IMG/VR virus record: IMGVR_UViG_3300035703_000021
Location: 32,001 to 96,000 of that record
Direction: 5' to 3' (one strand)
DNA length: 64,000 nucleotides
Source of the DNA: a virus
The notes under the pieces are model-generated. The model searched no databases. It was not told the DNA's origin and worked only from the letters and a program-made list of their open reading frames with translations. A program made the position numbers and the translations under genes. Positions 37,501 to 45,853 of this stretch are shown one piece after another (positions within the stretch are counted from its first letter, which is position 1; every line of letters starts with the position of its first letter).

Positions 37501-38208
37501 AGTGCGCGGGAGTATTCTCTTTCTCTCCGGCTCCGAGTTGGAGTTAGCGCAGAACGATACGGAGTAACCCAGGCTCTCGGCGAGCTTCTTGAGCGCCTGC
37601 TCGATCTCAACGCCCTCGTCGAGGGTCATATTCACGAGGGACTGGTTGAATATCACCGACCGAGCTTCCACTCCGCGAATGGTGACGCTTGGGTACTTGG
37701 TCCCGTGGGAGACCGAGAATCCGCTCACGCGAAAGTAGAAGTCGGTGCCAAAAGACGTTCCCTTCACATCGTACCACAACGACACGAGGAGGAACGGGAA
37801 GTTCTTGATCCCAAGCCCGGAGGAGTCCTCGCCTTCGACCGCCGTGTCTACGTACTTGAAGCACTTATCAACGTACGGGTCCTGGCCTTCCTCGCATGGT
37901 GGCAGAAGAATGTTATTTGCCGCGGCTACGTTGGCCTGAGTGTACAGCTGTGCGGCGTCAAACAAAGCCGGCCAAGCCAGCCCGGTTAGGTACGGATCGG
38001 AGATGGTTACCGAGCATGTCGACTGCGAGAGGGCGTTAGTGGCCGCGGTGGCGGGTGTAGAAGCGTTCGCGTTGGCAAAGGCTAGATTGGGTTGCCACTT
38101 CAGTTTTACGCTCAGCTCCTGAACCTGTCTCTCATCGAAGACGATAAGCTGCTCCGACCCGTACGGTCTATAACCTACGCGTGCTCGGCAGCGATACAGA
38201 CTCGACAC
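34504..38208 (-). CDS. Baseplate hub-like protein with amidase_3, permuted M23 peptidase and tail-lysozyme domains
   Basis: ITPGHG/GAAGEK/DLHMD/IVELG (amidase); GPHLHAE followed by HYGIDF/GYGN/AHL (M23); GNLQEES/GLAQW (phage lysozyme 2). Confidence 0.85.
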   Translation of the reverse strand: MSSLYRCRARVGYRPYGSEQLIVFDERQVQELSVKLKWQPNLAFANANASTPATAATNALSQSTCSVTISDPYLTGLAWPALFDAAQLYTQANVAAANNILLPPCEEGQDPYVDKCFKYVDTAVEGEDSSGLGIKNFPFLLVSLWYDVKGTSFGTDFYFRVSGFSVSHGTKYPSVTIRGVEARSVIFNQSLVNMTLDEGVEIEQALKKLAESLGYSVSFCANSNSEPERKRILPRTVRYTGITTGEAIKKVLDSVNGNSLSLPIREYANKISMCTRGEVDQGCSVFYLGKGLYEGYEISGQPELTALALNAGMASRINNKDPYVSEAFKASTYFIGDVAPQKRKKAMEKVKKVNFPGLFEKVPKNVKGAPTATGYVWRDQQSASANTKGIQVINEEATKISKDGLNLFGVAPNGTTSISFLSGDVQEASQADGRILIKTNFSLHICEKEGSKKCFYRPILQESTGLTTVKVKAKDKVEINQEIGTSTSEKKEFVRFYIVGHSGQVTTLNPKIVWDWAFPETEIPPAPSPSVTSNAPTTSPVGAVVPAAPKANLKDWSANNTQKPNKVLITPGHGDITTGQTGAAGEKALVREVALWMQRNVSKYGLQGYVEFNIPSSTTNISDVNNPNALWTQGKKVVDAGGKAIDLHMDQASGSSGVIPPCGRYANNIGVLDDTLASSYGAFGKNHSGCLGAGDRGVTIVELGRMDSATLTASRSSDPATREKLYAQLGDPVMRAIAAEKARTGTTAAGAASSASASAASSINVGRVGSTGESSGPHLHAELGPFTQPGGRGQPITAADVDPYVLIAGKPASAWGVYSPYGPRTGGMHYGIDFSGPGPGGENINGQPVSVTGGATIVETKENWRGYGNAVIIKRPDGKEMILAHLQDKSIPPNIAGLSTSSGGGKNNPTIQGSPTTSGLMVETSFKGVPRALRIIPGRTILSFITDYDAWVEEGRPASRDPGVWIANRFKNWFVSECEYRWREGDLRVQIEGVTAWGTIKTTVPTFQNYLKSMRKSGDAKISSNYYDYIRSIGELNWITESGKDSTEERCPEAQALSTFLSQGSDSTSPSDTSTSFPQANCKTGDGTKDSIINALYSAGLNTPNAFAGALGNLQEESNFNPNVHNTSIQGVTCKTDSGVPEKCYGLAQWGGSRKIRAIQKCGQTSTLQCQLEFMVQDIKQRGGGTVQAMNSATSASAAAEIWRRQYEVASGGIAKRQQFAEQIVKQIKCDKPS

Positions 38209-38220
38209 ATCTTGCTCTTA

Positions 38221-38952
38221 TCAGGCGACGGCAACGACCGTGGCCAGAGCCGCGGTCTTCTGAGTAGCGCCGGTGGAGACGGCGGTGTTGACATTGAGAG
38301 CAACAACCTGACCGACCTTGAACCCACCACCGGCTGTGGTAATGGCTCCGATCGCGGTGATCTTGCCGGCTGTGACGGTGGCGGTGGCCACACCGAAGGC
38401 GTAACCTGCGGGATTGGTAGTCTCTGTCGACTCGATCTTGACCGACACTGTGCCGGAAGTCGCGGTGCCGTCTGTCGTGTAGCCGCTTCCCTGCTTAGTG
38501 AGCGAGAGGGTCACCAGGCCACCAACCGGAGCCTGTGGAGCGGGAACGACCTCGGCGATGATCGCGGAGATGACCTCGGCTAGGTTGAATGTCGCGACCA
38601 TGAAGTGGAAATCCTCCTCTCCCTCCATGCCGACGTAGCGGGTGACGTTCACGAGCAGGGCATTGATGGCTGCCTTGTCAGCGGCGGGGACATCGGCGTT
38701 AGCGTTGAGCGCTTCGCAGATATACTCGAGCAGGCCGTAGGCAAATTTCTTAGCCTCGAAGCCCATCGTGGGGCCGGCTTTAACAAACGAGTCGTAGAGA
38801 GCAAGGCGGTTAGCCGCTGTGTTCGAGCCGTTGGAGTAGGACGAGACAAGAGCGTCTGTGCGAGCCTCGTTCAGAAATTCCTGGAGCTTAATCTTGTACT
38901 CGAATTGGATTCCGAGTGTGCGATGTAGACCCTGGTTAAGAATAGTAGCCAT
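38221..38952 (-). CDS. Putative virion protein
   Basis: C-terminal QGSGY/ATATV/AGGGF repeats typical of cyanophage structural proteins; GTTTAAAG at 39004-39011. Confidence 0.55.
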   Translation of the reverse strand: MATILNQGLHRTLGIQFEYKIKLQEFLNEARTDALVSSYSNGSNTAANRLALYDSFVKAGPTMGFEAKKFAYGLLEYICEALNANADVPAADKAAINALLVNVTRYVGMEGEEDFHFMVATFNLAEVISAIIAEVVPAPQAPVGGLVTLSLTKQGSGYTTDGTATSGTVSVKIESTETTNPAGYAFGVATATVTAGKITAIGAITTAGGGFKVGQVVALNVNTAVSTGATQKTAALATVVAVA

Positions 38953-39005
38953 GGTGGAGTAATACTTCCAGATGCCCTCTGTCGTAGGGCGTAATCGATA
39001 TATCT

Positions 39006-39593
39006 TTAAACAGGGATAAGGCGATCGAGCAGGTTAAAGTCCCGGTCGGTGTCGCGAAGGACGGTGTGAGGGAGAAGGGAGTAGTGGTTGAGGTAGTTGT
39101 GCATGTAGTCGTAGTAAGCGTAGTGCTCGGCTTCCCGCGCTTTCATCTTATTCTTGATCCACCAGGCCGTGGCGTCCGGGTACTCCTCGCGTACCTCGAT
39201 GAGGTGGTGAGGCTGGCTCCACTCCCACTCCCGCTCGAGAAGGAACACTTTTACGTCCGAACTACGCTCCAGGAAGTAAGACTCAGCGGCCTGGGCCCAC
39301 TCATGGGAGATGGTGATCCGCCTCCGAAACTCGTCGTAGAAGCAGACTTCAGAGAACCCCCGATCACACAGGATGAACTCCGGCATCGTCTCCAGAACGG
39401 AGTCGAAGGGCCCGATGTACTGCTCAATGGGGTTGGAGTGGTGGGGTTGGGGGCCGGAGAAGTGCAGAGCGGTGGCGTCAAGGTCCCTGCGCCGGAACCG
39501 CTCGAGGGTATTCTCGATGATGGTGGATTTGCCAACTCTGTCGGCTCCGAGCAGAACGACTGTGACGGGCTTGGGCATTGGAAGTGAGATCAT
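39006..39593 (-). CDS. Deoxynucleotide monophosphate kinase (thymidylate kinase-like)
   Basis: P-loop LGADRVGKST and ILCDRG motif. Confidence 0.75.
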   Translation of the reverse strand: MISLPMPKPVTVVLLGADRVGKSTIIENTLERFRRRDLDATALHFSGPQPHHSNPIEQYIGPFDSVLETMPEFILCDRGFSEVCFYDEFRRRITISHEWAQAAESYFLERSSDVKVFLLEREWEWSQPHHLIEVREEYPDATAWWIKNKMKAREAEHYAYYDYMHNYLNHYSLLPHTVLRDTDRDFNLLDRLIPV

Positions 39594-39602
39594 AGTAGTC
39601 GT

Positions 39603-39632
39603 ATTATATCATGGATAGTGGCTCGTGGTCAA
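39603..39632 (-). promoter_or_regulatory. Sigma70 promoter of the dNMP kinase
   Basis: TTGACC-18 bp-TATAAT with TG extension. Confidence 0.65.
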
Positions 39633-39757
39633 GAGTGCGCGCTCGCGCGCTGGCGCCCGTAGCCCAGTGCATAGTAACTTTTTAACTATTACTTTTGACT
39701 AACGTACTAAAATACTAAAGTTTAAAGTAGAGATATACGATCGCGCAGAGCCGGAAC

Positions 39758-40099
39758 ATGCCCGCCACCCCACAACCTCCTTTCCATCGCTGGGGAGTCA
39801 GATTCACAGCCGACTCCACTCATAACCTATCCTACCTCCAGACAGAGCACGACGAGAACGAGGATTTTGCCTACAGAGGGGAACTTTTCCTCAACGAGAC
39901 GCTGGACCAGGCGTACTACGTCGACAGCACCGGAGTGGCGAGGAAGTTGGGTGGCAGAGACCCGATCCCCTTCTCCCAGATCGACTTCACCGGGCTTCGT
40001 AACTTCGCCGACGACGCCGCAGCCGCCGCTGCTTCTCCCGCAGTGGCGCTGGGTGGGATGTATAGGACCGGAAGCACATTAAAGATCCGAGTGGTTTAA
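39758..40099 (+). CDS. Putative small virion protein
   Basis: GELFLN and FADDAAAAA...GGMYRTG fibre-like motifs; GTTTAAAG at 39720-39727. Confidence 0.6.
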   Translation: MPATPQPPFHRWGVRFTADSTHNLSYLQTEHDENEDFAYRGELFLNETLDQAYYVDSTGVARKLGGRDPIPFSQIDFTGLRNFADDAAAAAASPAVALGGMYRTGSTLKIRVV

Positions 40100-40161
40100 A
40101 GATTGTCAGGATGTGAAAACACTTCTACATGTCCCATAAGCATGAGTCAGAGTGACCCGAA

Positions 40162-40195
40162 GGCCCGAGGAGTTAGTAACTCCCGGGTCTTTTTT
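40162..40195 (+). terminator. Intrinsic terminator upstream of phoH
   Basis: GGCCCG-A-GGAGTT-AGT-AACTCC-CGGGTC followed by T6. Confidence 0.65.
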
Positions 40196-40220
40196 CGCAC
40201 CTACACTAGACGTAAATCTC

Positions 40221-40964
40221 ATGGCCAGAAAATCAACACGGAAACAGCGCCAGCTCGAAGATAACAATCTGCTCTCGTCAGAGAGCACAGCTCCGCAGCC
40301 TAAGTTCCAAGAAAATCGTGTTATTATGCCTCGCAATCCCAACCAGGTGGACGCGATGAGATACCTACGCACGAGAACTCTCACGCTTCTCTCCGGGCCT
40401 CCTGGCACCGCTAAGACCCTTCTTGCTACCTACGTAGCCTGCGAGAAGATGCAGAAGCGCGAGATCGACAAAATCTACTACGTGAAGCCCGTTGTCAACG
40501 TCCCCGGTGAGCAGGGCCTCGGCTTCCTACCTGGCAACCTAGATGAGAAGATCGCTCCGCACATCAGCCCGATCCGCGACTCGTTGGAGGTGTTCATGCC
40601 CAAAGGCAAGGCCGAGTACCTCCTCTCAAAGAAGCACATCGAGTTTCTCCCCATCGAGCACCTCAGGGGGCGTTCGCTCCACCGCTGCATGATCATCGCC
40701 GACGAGATGCAGAACGCCACCACTCATAGCGTCATGACCATTCTCACCCGTCTCGGAGACGGATCGAGCGTGGCGGTACTGGGCGACGTAGTCCAGCGTG
40801 ACCTGGCCAACCGATTTGGCGGAGATGGCCTATCCGACGCCCTCAATCGCCTTCGCTTCCTTCCTGACGTCGGGCATGTTGAGTTCGGGTTTGATGACAT
40901 TGTTCGTTCGGAGTTTGTTCAGTCGGTGATCAGAGCGTACTCCGATCTCTACCAGTCAAAATAG
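40221..40964 (+). CDS. phoH: PhoH-like ATPase
   Basis: GPPGTAKT, LGFLPG, LRGRS, DEMQN, LTRLG, GDVVQRD, DIVRS; ATG 40221 preferred over GTG 40152. Confidence 0.95.
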   Translation: MARKSTRKQRQLEDNNLLSSESTAPQPKFQENRVIMPRNPNQVDAMRYLRTRTLTLLSGPPGTAKTLLATYVACEKMQKREIDKIYYVKPVVNVPGEQGLGFLPGNLDEKIAPHISPIRDSLEVFMPKGKAEYLLSKKHIEFLPIEHLRGRSLHRCMIIADEMQNATTHSVMTILTRLGDGSSVAVLGDVVQRDLANRFGGDGLSDALNRLRFLPDVGHVEFGFDDIVRSEFVQSVIRAYSDLYQSK

Positions 40965-41024
40965 TATCGAGACCTTACTCGACGAGTTGAAAGCTTAATA
41001 TAATAGAGATGTTGTGTTAAACCC

Positions 41025-44000
41025 ATGGCCACAAAAATAAGTGGAAGTTTTAATCTTTCAGGTCAGTCACTAATCAGTGCACTTAGAAAGAGGGCGGGTA
41101 GACGCGAAGGCAATTCTAATTTCATAGGACTGCAGCGTTCCCTGGCGTTATCGGATGTTAACGATCCGACAAAGTCGCTGAACAACGTTCTCGACAAGAT
41201 CAGCCTTCTGCTTTCCGCGGAGCGTAATCAATACGGTTCCGGATTCAACGCCGTGGACTGGGACGTAACACGCGATTTCATAAACGAGAGGATCGACAAG
41301 GCGTTCCTCAGCCGCTTGGCCAACGCCTCCATCGGGGGCGGAAGTCTCGGTAGCACGGTGTCCATAACACCGAGAATAAGGATCCAGGACAGACTGAACT
41401 TCCTTAACTCGTTCTATGGTGAGGGGAGCTTTGCTGGGCTGCACAGCGGCCCAGACGCTCAGTTCTACAAGGCTCCAACACCCCTCCATATAGGGTTTAT
41501 CAAGTTCTCATTTAATGAGATCACCGGCTCCATGACTGTTACCGAGCTCAAGGGACCCGATGGCACCTCCGATATTACCGCCTCGAGCGTGCTTGGATCG
41601 GAGTCAGTGGTAGTGCTCGATCTCTCGCAGTACAGCAGCACCGGTTTTGAGGTGGATCTTGAGGGGCTAGGGATATCCGCCAGGCTACAGTCCCCGTCAA
41701 CCTGGACCGTGGAGGGTGATTCTGCCCTTGAAAAACTAAATAAGATCAAACTAGCGGTAGGAGGAGCGGGAACTTTCGCCACTCTCAGATTCAGGCTGGT
41801 GAGACCCTACTCGTTCCTCAACGCGCCGAGATGGTTCTACGAGTCCCCCTCGGTTTCGTCGGAGAGCGTGGCCGAAAGCGCCGACGATCTGAACCCAACC
41901 ACATCCCCCCGGGTACTCAAAAACGACAACGGCACCATTGTTCCTTTCGTGCAGAAGGGCTACTGGTACAGTCGTGGGTACGTTGAGACCAGATGGTCGC
42001 CAACGGAACTGTCCCTCGTTACAAACAACGGTGCCAATCCCTCTACTGTGGTGGAGGACTCCAATATGAGATGGCAGGAGCCTCCGTCGAAGCTTCGCAC
42101 TCAGACATACAACTGGGGGGTTAGGTGGGACGGATTTTTGCGCGTCACTGAGGGTACATACGCCTTCGAGATTCAGACAAACGCGCAGGTGAAGATCGAC
42201 ATGGCCATCGCCTCTGGTGGTGGCTGGGGGAACGTGTTCAACACTTCCACCGCCCCTAAGCAGGGAGACCAACTGTACATCTCATCGAGTACTTTTAATA
42301 CGTCGGCGTTGGATGACAGGTATAAGTATTTTCAGGCTACGGGCTGGGTGGCGTACGTTCCCATTACGATAAGAATGTACCACGGCGGCCCGGACAAGGT
42401 CCAGCCTGAGGAGGTGATCTCGCCTGAGCCCAACCTATTCATCAAGACCACGTCGCTCCCGTCTACTAAGACTTTCTACAGCAGAGACTACTCGGTGACG
42501 CTCGCGGGAACCGACGGCGCTTGGACTCTTACCAGTTCCAACCTTGCCGCTCTCATCTCCATCCTGCAGGACGCGAATGCTTCCGTGTCCTACTCATTGA
42601 CCGCTCTGGGGACCCAGGTGCTCGCGACCCCATTGGCTATCTCGCTGACAACCAACGGCACCACTGTCAGCAGCGCGACGACAGGACTCGCCGCCGGAAC
42701 TTACACTCTCGCAATCAGACCTAACCGCCCTACGGAGTTCAACGCGAACCTGTACGCCCTGTGGAAGGGTCGTATAGCGTCCCCTCAGTCCACTCATAAG
42801 AGTTACGCGGATTTGATCGATGGCTCATTTACTCCCGATATTCAGAAGATCGCCTTTGACTCTAGGCCGGAGTGGTGGAAAGTGAGTGAAGGCCACTCCT
42901 ACAACAACCAGCAGTTGCCTTCGTCGAGCAACGACCCTCTGGACGGATTCGTACGTAATTCATTTAAGAGCGTTCTGAAGTCAGACGCGCCAGGCGTCGG
43001 GCTTTACGGAAACGGAGGCAGCCCAGTCACGTATACCTCGCGCCCGAATATGATCCTGGGCGAGGCTCGGTTTGGTGTTACAGATACGTTAGGGTCCAAT
43101 TACATCGGTGTTCGGATCGTTCCTAATCTTCTCGGGGAGGGCGGAAAGTTCACTATTAACGCTCTGCCTGTTAATAATGCTACCTTTACCGACTCAACGC
43201 TTCTGGGCCAGAATGACCTTGGAGGTGGCTCTAATCACCTTACTTTCGCGGGGGATAAGCTTAATCCTAGGGTGATGCAGGTCTACCTATGGACCAACCC
43301 GACCATACCTTCAACTTCTACGTACAATAAGTACTTTCTTCACATCAATCTTACTAACGTAACGCAGTCAGATAACCCAGTTACTTACGGACTACCACCA
43401 TTCAGCAGCAATGAGTGGTTGTCTCCTATCACGATCATGGGCACCAGAGTGGCTAGTGATTCGGCATTTACAACGCCGTCGAATTTTGTCTCGCCCCTAC
43501 CTCTCACGGCGGAGAAGATCACTCTTGGAGCGTACGATCTTCTAGCGTTCTCCGTGAATCTTTCGTCTATCCTCGTCGGTGGTGGAGAGGTGAATCAATT
43601 TTCAGGTAAGTACCTTCAGTTTTTCACTGAAGACGACCTTGCGTTCCAGTACTCCAGAGTGGATACAGGGGAGTCGCTTTCGTTCGCTGACGTTCTAAAG
43701 CTAACTTACACGGGCACTGCACCTAACTACGTATTTCAAGGAGCGAGCAGCGAGATCCCCAGACCACCATCCGACCGCGTTACTCCGTTTGGATTCGATA
43801 AATCTCAATTCAGCACCGGACTGTGCTATCCTCCATACAGTATCGGCAATCCGCTGCTCAGTAGCGTTGCGATAGAGGACACTCCTCTGTACACAACTCC
43901 CAGCGGCAATTACGACGTGTTCTGGGGAGATCCTACCAAGTCGGGTCTGGGAGGTAATACCCTAACACTTACGGAGAAGATCGAGTTTCAGAGCGCCGAC

Positions 44001-44174
44001 GCCACGGGCATCGAAACGCTCAGCTCTCCTCCGACCGTGCTGTACTCCCAGTACACTCACAGACTGAAGATAGACTCCCCGCTCCAGGGTTCCTTCGACG
44101 AGGACGTGCTGGAGCACATCGGCAACGGTGAGAAGGTTAAGGAGTCCTACTACGCCTACGTTCAGCTGGCCTAA
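41025..44174 (+). CDS. Large virion protein with a PA14-like segment
   Basis: N-terminal GL..SLALSDV motif; WGVRWDGFLRVTEGTYAF; GTTGAAAG upstream (40986-40993). Confidence 0.6.
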   Translation: MATKISGSFNLSGQSLISALRKRAGRREGNSNFIGLQRSLALSDVNDPTKSLNNVLDKISLLLSAERNQYGSGFNAVDWDVTRDFINERIDKAFLSRLANASIGGGSLGSTVSITPRIRIQDRLNFLNSFYGEGSFAGLHSGPDAQFYKAPTPLHIGFIKFSFNEITGSMTVTELKGPDGTSDITASSVLGSESVVVLDLSQYSSTGFEVDLEGLGISARLQSPSTWTVEGDSALEKLNKIKLAVGGAGTFATLRFRLVRPYSFLNAPRWFYESPSVSSESVAESADDLNPTTSPRVLKNDNGTIVPFVQKGYWYSRGYVETRWSPTELSLVTNNGANPSTVVEDSNMRWQEPPSKLRTQTYNWGVRWDGFLRVTEGTYAFEIQTNAQVKIDMAIASGGGWGNVFNTSTAPKQGDQLYISSSTFNTSALDDRYKYFQATGWVAYVPITIRMYHGGPDKVQPEEVISPEPNLFIKTTSLPSTKTFYSRDYSVTLAGTDGAWTLTSSNLAALISILQDANASVSYSLTALGTQVLATPLAISLTTNGTTVSSATTGLAAGTYTLAIRPNRPTEFNANLYALWKGRIASPQSTHKSYADLIDGSFTPDIQKIAFDSRPEWWKVSEGHSYNNQQLPSSSNDPLDGFVRNSFKSVLKSDAPGVGLYGNGGSPVTYTSRPNMILGEARFGVTDTLGSNYIGVRIVPNLLGEGGKFTINALPVNNATFTDSTLLGQNDLGGGSNHLTFAGDKLNPRVMQVYLWTNPTIPSTSTYNKYFLHINLTNVTQSDNPVTYGLPPFSSNEWLSPITIMGTRVASDSAFTTPSNFVSPLPLTAEKITLGAYDLLAFSVNLSSILVGGGEVNQFSGKYLQFFTEDDLAFQYSRVDTGESLSFADVLKLTYTGTAPNYVFQGASSEIPRPPSDRVTPFGFDKSQFSTGLCYPPYSIGNPLLSSVAIEDTPLYTTPSGNYDVFWGDPTKSGLGGNTLTLTEKIEFQSADATGIETLSSPPTVLYSQYTHRLKIDSPLQGSFDEDVLEHIGNGEKVKESYYAYVQLA

Positions 44175-45844
44175 ATGGCCAGCATTTTCGCATCCTTGAT
44201 TGTCGTACCTTCCATATAGGAGAAGAGAGGCCACAGTTTCAGTTGAGCCGTCAGGCTGTCCACTGTCAGGGTCCTGTGGAACACGAATCCACCGGCCCCG
44301 GCCGTTGAGGATATATTCTGGATCAGAGTGGAGATCTGCGTATTGAATCCTCTGATTGAGGCTGTGGTTAACGGCTCACCTGGCTTATAGTAGGATGCAC
44401 TTACGGAGTACTTGTAGGCTCCGGATTCCGCCAGCGCGGCTCCGGAGATGTTATAAATTGCCGGACTGAGATACAACCTGCCGTTCTGGCTCATGAACGC
44501 CTTGTCGTCGGAACTGAATGCTCTCTGATACTTCTCTCCGGTCCACAGCCAGATTCCTGGCACGGCCTGACCGCTAAGAGTGACCTGACCGGGTTGGCTA
44601 AGTGAGGCCAGAGCGAAGAAGTCTACGGACGACTGGTCCAGCACTCCGTCCGGGTCCCTGAACACCATTCTGTGTTCCGTGGAGATATTTCGTCCTTCGA
44701 TGATATTGTACTTAGAACCCAAGTTGTTTGTCTTGTCAAATTCCGTCTTCTGCACACGTTTGTTCTGAATGAAGTACTTGAATCCGTCCCTTAGCGTCTC
44801 AGTGGCGCCTGAGAGGTTTCTTAGGCTGCCGCTAATGTCCTCGGCGGACTCGTAACCGTCTTCGTACGACCAGAAGAAGGACCGACCGTTGAGATTGTAG
44901 AGCTGGATCAGGTTATCTGATGAGATCTGGTCCTGTCTCTTGAGTACAAGGGAGGGTGATGGAGCCGGGTTTATAACCTGCGCGGTGTCGTAGGCCAGGC
45001 CAAGATACACGTACTTGGAAGTTTTGTCGTCGAATAGGAAGAACCCATCCCTGTCCGCGAACTTCACTCGGTAGGTGTACCTCTCGTTCTTTAGCAAGGC
45101 TTTTGTGGACACCTCACCGTTGGCGTAGCTATCATGATACAGGGCGTTACCGGAGTAGTTAAAGCACTTATCCTCGGCCGGGTCTTCGTAGGATTCGCAC
45201 GACGGTAGAAGCTCTAGGGCCTCACCGGCTATGTACTTACTACCGCCCGAGACTATATCGAAGGTGGAGGTGCGGCTTATGGTCCCGTCGGAGTTAACCG
45301 TAACAGTCACCACCGCGTCCTTAGATCCAGACTCCCTACCCACTACGCGGGCATTGACTGTTGCCGGGAGGGTCACAGCCACGCCATTGGCGTCTTTCAC
45401 GGAGTACTGCTCGCCCGAACCGAGCACACTAACAGCGACGATGGAGCCATTGACTGAGGACTTAATTGGAGCACCAACGCTTAGCTCAGCACCACTACGT
45501 AGATCCAGAGCTACGGGGAATTTATCAAACCAGACTCTGTTCTCGTCGGAGAACGTGTACAGCGCTTGCACTAGGCTATCGGCCCCGCTTCCCAGCTTTC
45601 CCTGCGTGATGAATTTGGTTCTGAGCGACACGACTCCCGCGGAGTCTGCCAGAGGTTCGTTGATAAGCCCGTAGATCTGATTGTCGGACTGCGTGCTTGG
45701 GGAGTACACAGCGGACTCCAATCTGCTCGCGAACGCGAACAGCAGAAGATCCTGGTGTACCTGCGGAGCGTATAGCTTCTGGAGCGCGTCCGTGGCATTC
45801 AAGCCCGCCTCGGATAGGTTATTTCTGGTATAGAGTCCTGACAT
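44171..45844 (-). CDS. Putative tail/virion protein
   Basis: GL..RNNLSE...ALQKL fibre-type N-terminus; GSGEQY/SGGSKY repeats. Confidence 0.6.
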   Translation of the reverse strand: MSGLYTRNNLSEAGLNATDALQKLYAPQVHQDLLLFAFASRLESAVYSPSTQSDNQIYGLINEPLADSAGVVSLRTKFITQGKLGSGADSLVQALYTFSDENRVWFDKFPVALDLRSGAELSVGAPIKSSVNGSIVAVSVLGSGEQYSVKDANGVAVTLPATVNARVVGRESGSKDAVVTVTVNSDGTISRTSTFDIVSGGSKYIAGEALELLPSCESYEDPAEDKCFNYSGNALYHDSYANGEVSTKALLKNERYTYRVKFADRDGFFLFDDKTSKYVYLGLAYDTAQVINPAPSPSLVLKRQDQISSDNLIQLYNLNGRSFFWSYEDGYESAEDISGSLRNLSGATETLRDGFKYFIQNKRVQKTEFDKTNNLGSKYNIIEGRNISTEHRMVFRDPDGVLDQSSVDFFALASLSQPGQVTLSGQAVPGIWLWTGEKYQRAFSSDDKAFMSQNGRLYLSPAIYNISGAALAESGAYKYSVSASYYKPGEPLTTASIRGFNTQISTLIQNISSTAGAGGFVFHRTLTVDSLTAQLKLWPLFSYMEGTTIKDAKMLAI

Positions 45845-45853
45845 AGTGATCTT

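Noticed and set aside
40100-40220. Pho box upstream of phoH
   Set aside because: No tandem PyTTAAPyPy(T/A) repeats at 11-bp spacing were visible.
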